DNA of 64,000 nucleotides from Cyanobium sp. (GTDB lineage Bacteria > Cyanobacteriota > Cyanobacteriia > PCC-6307 > Cyanobiaceae). The DNA is taken from the NCBI GenBank assembly GCA_044233545.1, contig JBIIJV010000001.1:3263-67262 (forward strand), in the 5' to 3' direction. Positions 9,252-19,884 of this stretch are shown piece by piece. The notes under the pieces are model-generated. The model made no database searches. It saw nothing but the letters and a program-made list of their open reading frames with translations, and was not told where the DNA came from. The translations under genes and the position numbers were made by a program. Every line of letters starts with the position of its first letter. Position 1 is the first letter of the stretch.

Positions 9252-9905
9252 CTATTTATTCTCCAACAAATTTCCAGTAAGCTTTTCACATCCAACCGGC
9301 AGCTTGACTGGCAACTTCGCCCCATAGTCTTCAAGATTAAAAGCTGCCAACAGCGGCTTGGTGTCCACTGTCCCACCGCAGAGCTGACCCAGATCGGCGA
9401 TCAGCTTCTGGCTGGCACTCTGCTCTGGATTGCTGTCAGTCACCAGGCTGGTGCGGGTGGGGGGTTTGTTGGGCTGGCAACTGGGAAAGCTCTCCCAGGT
9501 CAAAGCTTGATTCAGGGGCGCGCCCACCGCCTGGGGCAGGGTGATCAGAGTGATGCCAACACGCTGTGCCCTCAGGGTCTGTCCAGCCACCAGCTCGCCG
9601 GCTGGCGACAACAACTGCACGGTCATGGCGGTGGGCTCGGAGGAGGGGCCTTGCAACAAGGCCAGCGTGCGGCTGCTGCCCGGATTGAAGCGGTTGCTGG
9701 GCGGCACCAGATGGGTCCAGACATTCAGACAGGTGCCTCGGGTGCCGCCGGAAGTGCGGCAGCAGATTGTTGGCTTGCCGCCCTTTGCTTGGACCGCTGG
9801 TGCGCAGCAGAAACCAAGCGCCATGGCAGCCATGGGCGCCAAGCGAAGCCAATGGCCTGGGCGAGTCAGGCGGCTGGCCTTCCACAGGGTCAAGCAGGCA
9901 GGCAT
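9252..9905 (-). CDS. DUF928-like secreted protein
   Basis: 217 aa with a signal-like MAAMALGFCCAPAVQA, followed by GGKPTICCRTSGGTRGTC. This resembles the P..GGGTRG.C signature I associate with DUF928. Convergent with the cyclase gene. The start could be 9833. Confidence 0.6.
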   Translation of the reverse strand: MPACLTLWKASRLTRPGHWLRLAPMAAMALGFCCAPAVQAKGGKPTICCRTSGGTRGTCLNVWTHLVPPSNRFNPGSSRTLALLQGPSSEPTAMTVQLLSPAGELVAGQTLRAQRVGITLITLPQAVGAPLNQALTWESFPSCQPNKPPTRTSLVTDSNPEQSASQKLIADLGQLCGGTVDTKPLLAAFNLEDYGAKLPVKLPVGCEKLTGNLLENK

Positions 9906-10039
9906 AGGGCTATCCAGGTTTTTATGTATCTACGCCAGCATAGCCCAAAAATATTAACCTAAATTACTGGATCTGCTTAACCTATTCAAAGTCTATAACC
10001 CTTAAGCAGACCTGCCTTGGTCTGCTGAGGCCACCTTAA

Positions 10040-10822
10040 TCACATCCCCGTAATGCAATATCCCCCATCCACATAAATCACCTGGCCGGTGATGCCGCTG
10101 GCCAAAGGGCTGGCCAGGAAAGCTGCGGTGGAGCCGACCTCCTCCTGGGTGACGGTGCGGCGCAGGGGGGCCTTGGCTTCGACGTTGTGGATCATGTCGA
10201 GGATGCCGCCGATGGCGGAGCTGGCCAGGGTGCGGATCGGGCCGGCGCTGATCGCATTGACCCGCACCTGGTTGTCGGGCCCTAGTTCGGCGGCGAGGTA
10301 GCGCACCGAGGCCTCCAGTGCCGCCTTGGCTACGCCCATCACGTTGTAATTAGGGATGGCGCGCTCAGCGCCCAGATAGCTGAGCGTGATGACACTGGCA
10401 CCTGGCGGAAACAGGGGTTTGGCGTAGCGGCACAGGGGCGCCAGCGAGTAGGCACTCACCTCCAGGGCCCGGGCGAAGCCCTCAGGGCTGATGGCGGAAT
10501 AATCGCCGATCAGTTCCTCCTTGCCGGCGAAGGCCAGGCAGTGGATCAGCACATCCAGGGAGCCCCAGTCAGAGGCCAACTTGGCGAAGAGCGCCTCGAT
10601 CTGGGCCGGATTTTGCACGTTAAGGGGCTCGAACAGGCTGGGATTCAGGGGTGCTGTCAGCTCGCGCACCTTGCCCTCAAAGCGCCCCTTCTCATCGGGC
10701 AGATAGGTGACCCCCAGCTCGGCACCGGCGGCGTGCAGCTGCTGGGCGATGCCCCAGGCGATCGACTTGTTGTTGGCAATGCCAGTGACCAGGGCCTTCT
10801 TGCCGCGCAGATCGAGGAGCAT
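10040..10822 (-). CDS. fabI: Enoyl-[acyl-carrier-protein] reductase (NADH)
   Basis: MLLDLRGKKALVTGIANNKSIAWGIAQQLH..., full-length 260 aa with typical FabI SDR motifs. Confidence 0.95.
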   Translation of the reverse strand: MLLDLRGKKALVTGIANNKSIAWGIAQQLHAAGAELGVTYLPDEKGRFEGKVRELTAPLNPSLFEPLNVQNPAQIEALFAKLASDWGSLDVLIHCLAFAGKEELIGDYSAISPEGFARALEVSAYSLAPLCRYAKPLFPPGASVITLSYLGAERAIPNYNVMGVAKAALEASVRYLAAELGPDNQVRVNAISAGPIRTLASSAIGGILDMIHNVEAKAPLRRTVTQEEVGSTAAFLASPLASGITGQVIYVDGGYCITGM

Positions 10823-11034
10823 GGGGTGTGACGCCGCCGGCGGCGCTGGGTTGTGCGATCGGGGGATTCTCCCGCAGCGCCTGGAAAACCCTGCCGAAGC
10901 TTGGTGATTGGCGAGATCGAGTGACGATCAGGAAGGGGAAGGGACGACAAAGGGTTATTTGGCGGCGTGGCTATTGGTAGGAACATGACAAACAGGGCCG
11001 CAGGTGCCCCAGGCCACCACCAACCCCCCCACCG

Positions 11035-11766
11035 ATGGCAGGCCCAGCCCAACACCAATCCCTGCGCCCCCAACCCTGGTGGCCGGGCCAGCCGCTGCCG
11101 TGGCCTGCTGCCCAGCGGCCGGAGGATGGGGCGCCGCTGGAGCCCTGGCTGCTGCGGGTGGATCGCAGCAATCCGCGGGTGCTCGCCGCCACGGCGGAGC
11201 TGGAGGCCCTGCTGTCGTGCCAGGACCGGGATCACGTCAACCGTTTGCGGCGACCTGATGATCGCCAGCGCACCCTGCTGGGGCGCGGCGTCTTGCGGCT
11301 GGTGTTGGGCGCCTGGTTGGGCTTGGATCCGGCGGCCCTGCGCTTTGCCGCCGGCCCCCACGGCAAGCCGCAGCTGCTGCACCCTGGCCTCTCAATGCCC
11401 CAAGGCAAAATGCCCCAATTCAACATCTCCCATTCCGGCGACCTGATCCTGCTGGCCTTCCACGCCGCCGCACCGGTGGGTGTCGATGTGGAGCGTCAGC
11501 AACCTGACCTGGACTGGCGGCCCATCGCGCGGCGCTGCCTGGCTCCCGCCCAGGTCGAATCGTTGCTGGCCCTGCCACCGGCCGAAGCCGCCTCAGCTTT
11601 TGTGGAGTGCTGGTGCGCCCTGGAGGCGGGCCTCAAGGCGCGCGGGGTGGGCTTGGCCCAGGCCAGCGAGGTCCAAGCCCTGGCGATCGAGCCGCAGCTG
11701 CGGCGCTGGCGGCTGGACCTGCCGGCGGGCTACAGCGGGGCCGTAGCGCTGTTGGATCCCTCCTGA
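11035..11766 (+). CDS. 4'-phosphopantetheinyl transferase (Sfp-type)
   Basis: FNISHSGDLILLAF...GVDVE and a W..LEA.LKA-type C-terminal motif (CWCALEAGLKARG). Confidence 0.8.
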   Translation: MAGPAQHQSLRPQPWWPGQPLPWPAAQRPEDGAPLEPWLLRVDRSNPRVLAATAELEALLSCQDRDHVNRLRRPDDRQRTLLGRGVLRLVLGAWLGLDPAALRFAAGPHGKPQLLHPGLSMPQGKMPQFNISHSGDLILLAFHAAAPVGVDVERQQPDLDWRPIARRCLAPAQVESLLALPPAEAASAFVECWCALEAGLKARGVGLAQASEVQALAIEPQLRRWRLDLPAGYSGAVALLDPS

Positions 11767-11841
11767 AACTTTTCTCAGGGCCCCGGCCGTGTACTCCGTT
11801 AGACAGAGCAGACTGCTTCTCTGGTCGCCGGCGGCTCCTAC

Positions 11842-12468
11842 TTACGGCCCCGGCGGCTCCTCCTCAGGCAGATCATCTTTGAGATCTTCGGGCTTGAGGG
11901 GCTGGCCCAGCAGCTGTTTCTCGGCGCGATTGACCGCCCGGGGACTGCTGAGCAGGTCCCACTTGGTCAATTGGGGCAGCGGATCGCGGTGGTCCTCAGC
12001 GCGCCTGGGGGGCGGCACCCAGACAAAGCGGCTGCGGGGAGCCTTTTCCTGGCAGAGCTGGGCCATCTGGCGGCGCAGGGCCCAGCGCACCCGTCCCCGA
12101 TCCAAGGCCCCGTAGAACTCCTGGCGGGGCGCCCGACCGCCGCTGTGGGGATTGGGCCCATCTCCCCCCTTCAGGCGCGCCGCATCCGGATTCCAGCGGG
12201 GCCGGCAGATCCCCTCGGTTTCGGTGTCGGCGTCGAGCCAGATGTGCAACCCCTCCCCCCCGGGGCGCGTCACCACCGCCAGGCCATCGCCGCTGCGCTG
12301 GCGCTGCAAGGGAAACACCCTGCCACTGCTGCGCTGGCTCAGGGGCACACAGCCGGTAAGCATCAACAGGGTCAGGGCCAGCGCAGCGATGCCCCGCTCG
12401 TATACGGAGGTACAACGGCGCTGAAACCGGCGGGGCGCCACGCGAAAACGGGGATGCAATCTCGGCAT
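11842..12468 (-). CDS. Hypothetical lipoprotein
   Basis: Internal ATG at 12468 gives MPRLHP...ALALTLLMLTGC (lipobox LTGC). The longer ORF to 12666 would overlap the divergent neighbour. Confidence 0.45.
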   Translation of the reverse strand: MPRLHPRFRVAPRRFQRRCTSVYERGIAALALTLLMLTGCVPLSQRSSGRVFPLQRQRSGDGLAVVTRPGGEGLHIWLDADTETEGICRPRWNPDAARLKGGDGPNPHSGGRAPRQEFYGALDRGRVRWALRRQMAQLCQEKAPRSRFVWVPPPRRAEDHRDPLPQLTKWDLLSSPRAVNRAEKQLLGQPLKPEDLKDDLPEEEPPGP

Positions 12469-13078
12469 GATCGCCCTTGATCCGTCCGCTAGCCCCATGG
12501 CCCTCACCGCCTCGACCATGCTGCCCCTGGGAACGGCCCTGCCGTTAACGCTGATGCAGGAGCAGCTCACCCCCGTGGTGGGCTCCCTGCCCCATGCCCA
12601 GGCCCTGGAGGGACGGCCGGTGCTGGTGATGTTTCTTTGCCCCCACTGCCCCTTTGTGAAGCACATCGAGGCCGAACTGGGCCGCCTGGGCCGCGATCTG
12701 GGCGATCAGGCGGCCCTGCTCGCCATCCGTAGCAACAGCCTCAGCAGCCACCCCCAGGATGGACCCGCTGAGATGGCGGCCCAGGCCCAGGCCTATGGCT
12801 GGACCTTTCCTTGCCTGGCCGACGACAGCCAGGCGGTGGCCAAGGCCTTTCGGGCGGCCTGCACGCCCGACCTGTTTCTGTTTGATCGTGCCCACCGGCT
12901 GGCCTATCGCGGCCAGCTCGATGGCAGCCGCCCCGGCCAGCCCACTCCCTGCGACGGCCGGGACCTGCGCGGTGCCCTGGCGGACCTGCTGGCGGGGCGG
13001 ACGCCAGTGGCTGAGCAGATCGCGGCGATCGGCTGCAACATCAAATGGCATCCCGGCCAAGAGCCGGACTGGGCCTGA
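12467..13078 (+). CDS. Thioredoxin-fold thiol-disulfide oxidoreductase (AhpC/TSA-like)
   Basis: CPHCP redox motif in VLVMFLCPHCPFVKH. 203 aa. Confidence 0.7.
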   Translation: MIALDPSASPMALTASTMLPLGTALPLTLMQEQLTPVVGSLPHAQALEGRPVLVMFLCPHCPFVKHIEAELGRLGRDLGDQAALLAIRSNSLSSHPQDGPAEMAAQAQAYGWTFPCLADDSQAVAKAFRAACTPDLFLFDRAHRLAYRGQLDGSRPGQPTPCDGRDLRGALADLLAGRTPVAEQIAAIGCNIKWHPGQEPDWA

Positions 13079-13121
13079 GCCACCCCTGGCGCGCCCACTT
13101 GTTTGACTTAAGGTTGCCAGC

Positions 13122-14330
13122 ATGCCCGTTCCCCCCTTCAGCCTCGAAGAGCAGCTGAGGCAGCTCGGCGACAGCCTTGATGAGGCTGTTTTGCAGGTGC
13201 TGCGCAGTGGCCAGTACATCGGCGGGGGCGTGGTCAACGCCTTCGAGACCAGCTTCGCTGCGGCCTGCGCCGTCCCCCACGCCATCGGCTGCAACAGCGG
13301 CACCGATGCCCTCACCCTGGCCCTGCGGGCCCTGGAGATCGGCCCGGGAGACGAGGTGATCACCTCCTCCTTCAGCTTTTTCGCCACCGCCGAGGCGATC
13401 AGCGCCGTCGGGGCCACGCCGGTGTTTGTGGACGTGGATCCGGCCAGCTATCTGCTCGATCTCGATCGCATTGAGGCGGCCGTCACCCCCGCCACCCGCG
13501 CCTTACTGCCGGTCCATCTCTTTGGCCGGCCGGTGGACATGGAACGCATCAACGCCATCGCCCTGCGCCATGGCCTGCGGGTGATCGAAGATTGCGCCCA
13601 AGCCACAGGCGCTAGCTGGGCCGGGCGCCCGGTGGGTAGCTGGGGGGATGCCGGCTGCTTCAGCTTTTTCCCCACCAAGAACCTGGGGGCCGCCGGTGAT
13701 GGCGGGGCCGTAGTCTGCCGCGACAGCAGCCTGGCCCAACGCATCCGGGAGCTGGCGGTGCATGGCATGCCGCGCCGTTATCTCCATACCGACCTGGGTT
13801 ACAACAGCCGCCTTGATGCCATGCAGGCGGCTGTCCTCAACGTCAAGTTGCCCCACCTGCCCCTGTGGGTGGAACGGCGCCGCCGCATCGCCCAGCGCTA
13901 CCGGGAAGCCCTCGGCGACCTCCCCAATCTCCAGCTTGCCGATGCGGGCCCAGACGGCCATAGCTGGAACCAATTCGTAGTGCGGGTGCCGGGTTGTCCC
14001 GCGGATCAGGCCCGCTGTGCTGGTCGCTGCACCCCCTCCAACGACAGTGCCAGCTTCGGCCTGCCGGAAGCCTGTTGCCGCGATTGGCTCAAGCAGCAGC
14101 TTCAGGAAGAAGGGGTGATCACGATCATTTACTACCCGATCCCGATCCATCGCCAGCCGGCCTACGCCGAGCTGGGCTACGGACCCGGCAGCCTGCCGGT
14201 CACCGAGCGCCTCTGCGTCGAAGTCCTCAGCCTGCCGATCTTCCCCGAACTGGGCGACGAGCAACAGGAGCGGGTTATTTGCACCCTGCGCCAGCTAGTG
14301 GGTACCGGGTCGCCGGTGTTGGCGGCCTGA
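13122..14330 (+). CDS. DegT/DnrJ/EryC1/StrS-family PLP aminotransferase
   Basis: Family-typical blocks: GQYIGGG..V..FE..FA, GCNSGTDALTLAL, EVITSSFSFFATAEAI, FFPTKNLGAAGDGG. Confidence 0.9.
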   Translation: MPVPPFSLEEQLRQLGDSLDEAVLQVLRSGQYIGGGVVNAFETSFAAACAVPHAIGCNSGTDALTLALRALEIGPGDEVITSSFSFFATAEAISAVGATPVFVDVDPASYLLDLDRIEAAVTPATRALLPVHLFGRPVDMERINAIALRHGLRVIEDCAQATGASWAGRPVGSWGDAGCFSFFPTKNLGAAGDGGAVVCRDSSLAQRIRELAVHGMPRRYLHTDLGYNSRLDAMQAAVLNVKLPHLPLWVERRRRIAQRYREALGDLPNLQLADAGPDGHSWNQFVVRVPGCPADQARCAGRCTPSNDSASFGLPEACCRDWLKQQLQEEGVITIIYYPIPIHRQPAYAELGYGPGSLPVTERLCVEVLSLPIFPELGDEQQERVICTLRQLVGTGSPVLAA

Positions 14331-14340
14331 GGCGCCTCCC

Positions 14341-15537
14341 ATGGCGTTGATCGCCCGCCTGCAGGACCTGGCACCCACCATGGCGGCCTGGCGTCGGGAC
14401 CTGCACGCCCATCCCGAAACGGCCTTCGCAGAACACCGCACCGCCGCCCTGGTGGCTGAGCGGCTCGCCAGCTTTGGCTGTGAGGTGCACACCGGCCTTG
14501 CCGGCACCGGCGTGGTCGGAGTGCTGAGGGCCGGCACCAGCCAGGCCGGCACCGGCAGGGCCGGCAGTTCGGCGCGCAGCATCGGCCTGCGGGCCGACAT
14601 GGATGCCCTGCCGATCACCGAGGCCAACACCTTTGCCCATGGCTCCCGCCACCCGGGTCGCATGCACGCCTGCGGCCACGACGGCCACACCACCATGCTG
14701 CTGGGGGCCGCCCAGTACCTGGCCGAAAGCCGACGTTTTGACGGCACCGTGGTGCTGATCTTCCAGCCGGCCGAAGAAAACGAGGGCGGCGGCCGGGTGA
14801 TGGTGCAGGAGGGCCTGTTCGAGCGTTTCCCGGTGCAGGCGGTCTACGGCTTGCACAACTGGCCCGGCCTGGCGGAGGGGCGTTTTGCCGTGCGCCCAGG
14901 GCCGATGATGGCGGGCTGCGACCAGTTTGAAATCGAACTGAGCGGCCGCGGTTGCCATGCCGCCATGGCCGAGGAGGGCATCGATCCGATCGTGGCCGGC
15001 AGTGCCCTGGTGCAGGCCCTGCAAACGATCACCAGCCGCAACATCGCCGCCGCGGATGCAGCGGTAGTGAGTGTCACCCAGTTCCATGGCGGCGAAGCCT
15101 GGAATGTGATTCCGGCCAGCGTGGTATTGCGCGGCAGCCTGCGCTATTTCCGCGATGAGGTGCGGCACACCATCCATGAGCGCCTGCAGAGCCTGTGCGC
15201 GGGCGTGGCGGCCGCCCATGGCGCCCAGGCCGAACTGCGGCTGATTCCCGGCTATCCCCCCACCGTCAACAGCGCCGCCGAAGCGGCTACCGCCGCCGCC
15301 GCCATGGCTGCCGTTGTCGGCGCCGATCGGGTCGACACCCACCTCCCCCCCACCATGGGCGCCGAAGATTTCGCCTACATGCTGCAGGCCCGTCCGGGGG
15401 CCTACGGCTGGATCGGCAATGGCTCGGGCACGGGCGGCTGCCTGCTGCACAATCCCCGCTACGACTTCAATGACGCCTTACTGGCCATCGGAGCCAGCTA
15501 TTGGGCCACCTTGGTAGAGCGGGTATTGGCCCCCTAA
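14341..15537 (+). CDS. M20D-family amidohydrolase (hippurate hydrolase / N-acyl-amino acid amidohydrolase-like)
   Basis: RRDLHAHPE, LRADMDALP, HACGHDGHT, FQPAEE. Contains a repeat-encoded loop insertion (see findings). Confidence 0.9.
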   Translation: MALIARLQDLAPTMAAWRRDLHAHPETAFAEHRTAALVAERLASFGCEVHTGLAGTGVVGVLRAGTSQAGTGRAGSSARSIGLRADMDALPITEANTFAHGSRHPGRMHACGHDGHTTMLLGAAQYLAESRRFDGTVVLIFQPAEENEGGGRVMVQEGLFERFPVQAVYGLHNWPGLAEGRFAVRPGPMMAGCDQFEIELSGRGCHAAMAEEGIDPIVAGSALVQALQTITSRNIAAADAAVVSVTQFHGGEAWNVIPASVVLRGSLRYFRDEVRHTIHERLQSLCAGVAAAHGAQAELRLIPGYPPTVNSAAEAATAAAAMAAVVGADRVDTHLPPTMGAEDFAYMLQARPGAYGWIGNGSGTGGCLLHNPRYDFNDALLAIGASYWATLVERVLAP

Positions 15538-15589
15538 ACCGGCACGCCTGAACCAGCCCACTGAAGCGGCACACCCAAACCAGCGGGGT

Positions 15590-16948
15590 TCAGGAGCCCA
15601 GCAGAGCCGTGCAAACCAACCTCTCCTGCAAGGCATCCCCCCGCACCCGTCGCAACCGGATCACTTCGGCCAAGTGGCCGGCATCATCGGCGATGCCGCA
15701 GAAGCGGCCCGAGCCCCAGGTGTGCAGCCAGGGCAGTCCTAGAAAATAGAGCCCCGGGCTGGGGGTGACGCCACGCTCGTGGGCGGGATAGCCCGCGCCA
15801 TCGAAGACCGGCACGTCAACCCAGCTGAAATCGCTGCTGTAGCCAGTACACCAAATCACAGCCGCCAGGGGTTCGGCCGCCAGGTTGAGGGCTGGGGCAG
15901 GGCCCGGCAGCGGACGCCAGCAGGGTTCATAGGGATCCTGGGGGGGCACGTCGAGGCCCTGATCGCTGATCCAGAGATCGATGCTCTGGCCGATGCGGTT
16001 GAAAACTGCATCGGCTTGGTCCAGGTTCGCCTCCAGGTCGTCGGCGAACTGGATTCCTTGATCGCCTAGCTCCAGCAGGCGCCCATGCAGTTGCATGCCA
16101 TTGAGGGCATGGCGGCGCAGGTCGATGTCGTGGCCGCCATCCCGTCCGCTGAGGTAGTGGTTGGTCTTGGACCGCACTGCCTTGGGATCGGCATGTTCGT
16201 GGATCGGCATGGCGTAATAGCCCATGCGCTCCAACCAATCGACCACGTCCCTGCCGCGGTAGCGGCGGGGCGAACGCGGCGCCGAACCGACGCTGAGATG
16301 GACGCGGCGACCAGCAAAAAAGAGGTCTTCGGCAATCTGGGCGCCAGATTGGCCACTGCCAACCACCAGCACCGACCCCCCAGGCAACTGGTCGGGGTTG
16401 CGATAGTCGCGGGCATCGAGCTGCAGCACGCTGGCGGGCAGGCGCTGGGCCTGGGGATGGCGTTTGGGGTGGTGATAGCCACCGATCGCCACCACCACTT
16501 GGTCGGCCTGCACCTGGCCGGCACTGGTGCTGAGGCGATAACCCTCCCCCTGGCGCTGCAATCCTTGGACACTGACCCCCTCACGCACATCAACATCCAG
16601 GTGGGCGGCAAAGCGGCGCACGTAGTCGACGATGGCGTCGCGCACCATGAAACCCTCCGGGTCGTCGCCGTCGTAGGGGAAATCGGGCAACCGGCACTGC
16701 CAGTTGGGTGTCACCAGGCAGAAGCTGTCCCAGCGCTGGTGCTGCCAGGCATGGCCGATGCGGTTCTTCTCCAGCACCAGGGCCTGGATGCCATGGCGCT
16801 TCAGGCAGGCCGCCATGGCCAGGCCCGCTTGACCGGCGCCGATGATGACCACCGGTGATGAGGACGGCAGCGGCGGGACTGCTGGGGCGACTGTTGCCGC
16901 CTGGGCGGGAGCAGCGGCGGGAAATGGGGGTGTCGCCGCTGGGGGCAC
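15590..16948 (-). CDS. Flavin-dependent oxidoreductase, MSMEG_0569-like (Nit1C cluster member)
   Basis: [17 protein letters not shown] dinucleotide motif and a second [13 protein letters not shown] motif. Divergent from the nitrilase operon. Confidence 0.85.
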   Translation of the reverse strand: MPPAATPPFPAAAPAQAATVAPAVPPLPSSSPVVIIGAGQAGLAMAACLKRHGIQALVLEKNRIGHAWQHQRWDSFCLVTPNWQCRLPDFPYDGDDPEGFMVRDAIVDYVRRFAAHLDVDVREGVSVQGLQRQGEGYRLSTSAGQVQADQVVVAIGGYHHPKRHPQAQRLPASVLQLDARDYRNPDQLPGGSVLVVGSGQSGAQIAEDLFFAGRRVHLSVGSAPRSPRRYRGRDVVDWLERMGYYAMPIHEHADPKAVRSKTNHYLSGRDGGHDIDLRRHALNGMQLHGRLLELGDQGIQFADDLEANLDQADAVFNRIGQSIDLWISDQGLDVPPQDPYEPCWRPLPGPAPALNLAAEPLAAVIWCTGYSSDFSWVDVPVFDGAGYPAHERGVTPSPGLYFLGLPWLHTWGSGRFCGIADDAGHLAEVIRLRRVRGDALQERLVCTALLGS

Positions 16949-17106
16949 AGCGAATCGGCCAAAGGAATAAAAGAATTCTGATGTGAGAATGGCTAAATTC
17001 CGGTAGCCATAGCCACCAAATTAATCGGACTGGTTGCAATCGCTACACAAACTTAGGGGATGGCCGTCCAATCTTCCCCAGTTCTGCGCCCCTGGCCCTG
17101 CTCCCC

Positions 17107-17589
17107 ATGCCTGAAGTGACCCGTCCCGCCAATCAGCCGGGAGATTTTCTTGTTGATTACGAGCAAAAAGTCTTCCCAGATGTCAAAGCGGAACCTGGCG
17201 AAAAAGCCCTGGTCACATTCCACACCGTTGCCTTTGAAGGTTCGATTGGTTTGGTTAACTTACTCCAAGCCAGTCGCCTGATTAATAAAGGTTTTGAAAC
17301 CTCGATTCTTCTCTATGGGCCTGGGGTCACTTTGGGGGTGCAGCGCGGTTTCCCCAAGTTGGGTGATGCCGCCTTTGACGGCCATCTCAACTTCAACGCC
17401 CGCCTGCAAAAATTCATGGACCAGGGTGGCAATGTCTATGCCTGCCGTTTTGCCCTCCAGGCCCTCTACGGCCATGGTGAAGGGGCCTTGATTCCCGGCA
17501 TCACCCCGGTCAACCCCCTGGATGTGCTCGACATTATTTTGTTGCATCGCAAGGAAGGGGCCTTTATTCTGGACACCTGGACCCTCTAA
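17107..17589 (+). CDS. MSMEG_0572/Sll0783-family nitrogen-starvation response protein
   Basis: 160 aa. First gene of the nitrilase operon, in the same order as sll0783-sll0787 of Synechocystis. Confidence 0.75.
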   Translation: MPEVTRPANQPGDFLVDYEQKVFPDVKAEPGEKALVTFHTVAFEGSIGLVNLLQASRLINKGFETSILLYGPGVTLGVQRGFPKLGDAAFDGHLNFNARLQKFMDQGGNVYACRFALQALYGHGEGALIPGITPVNPLDVLDIILLHRKEGAFILDTWTL

Positions 17590-17670
17590 ATCCAGCACAA
17601 TTCAATGGCGGGTTGAGCCCTACCTCACCTGTACTCCTTCTCCTTACCCCGCAGCCTGACTCGCCAGCCC

Positions 17671-18775
<1,105 letters not shown>

Positions 18776-18783
<8 letters not shown>

Positions 18784-19882
18784 CACTGAGCCCCGCTTGG
18801 CAACCCTGCTTACCGAATTGCAAGTCCATGGCGTGGTCGATCCGGCCGTGCCTGGCAACCAGGGACGCCGGGGGGGAGCCGGTCCCTCCGACCACCGGGC
18901 CCTGACGATCGACGGCACCACCGTGATGGTGCCGGTTTACAACGCCCGTTCTCAGGCGTCGCCCTACCAGCTGCACAGCGAGGCCGACGGCTCCTTAAGC
19001 CTGGCCCAAGGGGATTCCCCCGTGCTGGCCCAGGTCCAGGTCCCGCCCGAACCAGCTTTTTATGGCCTAGAGACTGCAGAGGGCATCCCATACCGCGCCA
19101 TCGCCCTGCTGCACAGCCGCGATGTGCTGGCCACCACCCTGCAGCAAACCTGCATTCGTTTTCGCGACCGCAGCCAATCGTGCCAGTTCTGTGCCATCGA
19201 GCAATCCCTGGAGGGGGGGCGCACGCTGGTGCGCAAAACACCCCAGCAGGTGGCCGAAGTGGCGGAAGCGGCGGTGCGGCTTGATGGCGTGCGCCAACTG
19301 GTGATGACCACCGGCACCCCCAACAGCGACGACCGCGGCGCCCGGCTGATGGCCGAAACGGCCCTGGCCGTCAAGGCGCGGGTGGATCTGCCGATCCAGG
19401 GCCAGTGCGAGCCGCCGGAGGACTCCAACTGGTATCGGTGGATGAAAGACGCGGGTGTGGACAGCCTCGGCATGCACCTTGAGGTGGTGGAGTCAGAGGT
19501 GCGGCGCCGCATCCTGCCGGGCAAATCGGAACTCAGCCTCGATCGCTATTACGAAGCCTTTGACCAGGCGGTGGCGGTGTTTGGCCGCGGCCAGGTGACC
19601 ACTTACCTGCTGGCGGGCTTGGGCGACAGCGCCGAGAGCCTGATTCGTTGTAGCGAACAGCTCATTCAGCTGGGGGTTTATCCCTTCGTGGTGCCTTTTG
19701 TGCCCATTGCTGGCACACCACTGCAAGACCACCCAGCCCCTAGCACCGCCTTCATGGTCGAGGTGTATGGGGCCGTGGCGGCCCTGCTGCGGGACGCCGA
19801 CCTGCGGGCGGAGGCGATGGCGGCGGGCTGCGCCAAATGCGGGGCCTGCTCGGCCCTGGCTTTGTTTGAACAGGAGGCCTGA
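18776..19882 (+). CDS. Radical SAM protein, MSMEG_0568-like
   Basis: Cys triad C126-X9-C136-X2-C139 (CIRFRDRSQSCQFC) plus a C-terminal CAKCGAC. Position in the cluster matches sll0785. Confidence 0.8.
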
Positions 19883-19884
19883 CC

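Noticed and set aside
9906-10039. Inverted repeats downstream of fabI (GCAGACC-N6-GGTCTGC; CTGCTTAA-N22-TTAAGCAG) as a terminator.
   Set aside because: The stems are short and are not followed by a clean U-run on the fabI strand. Plausible, but not strong enough to call.
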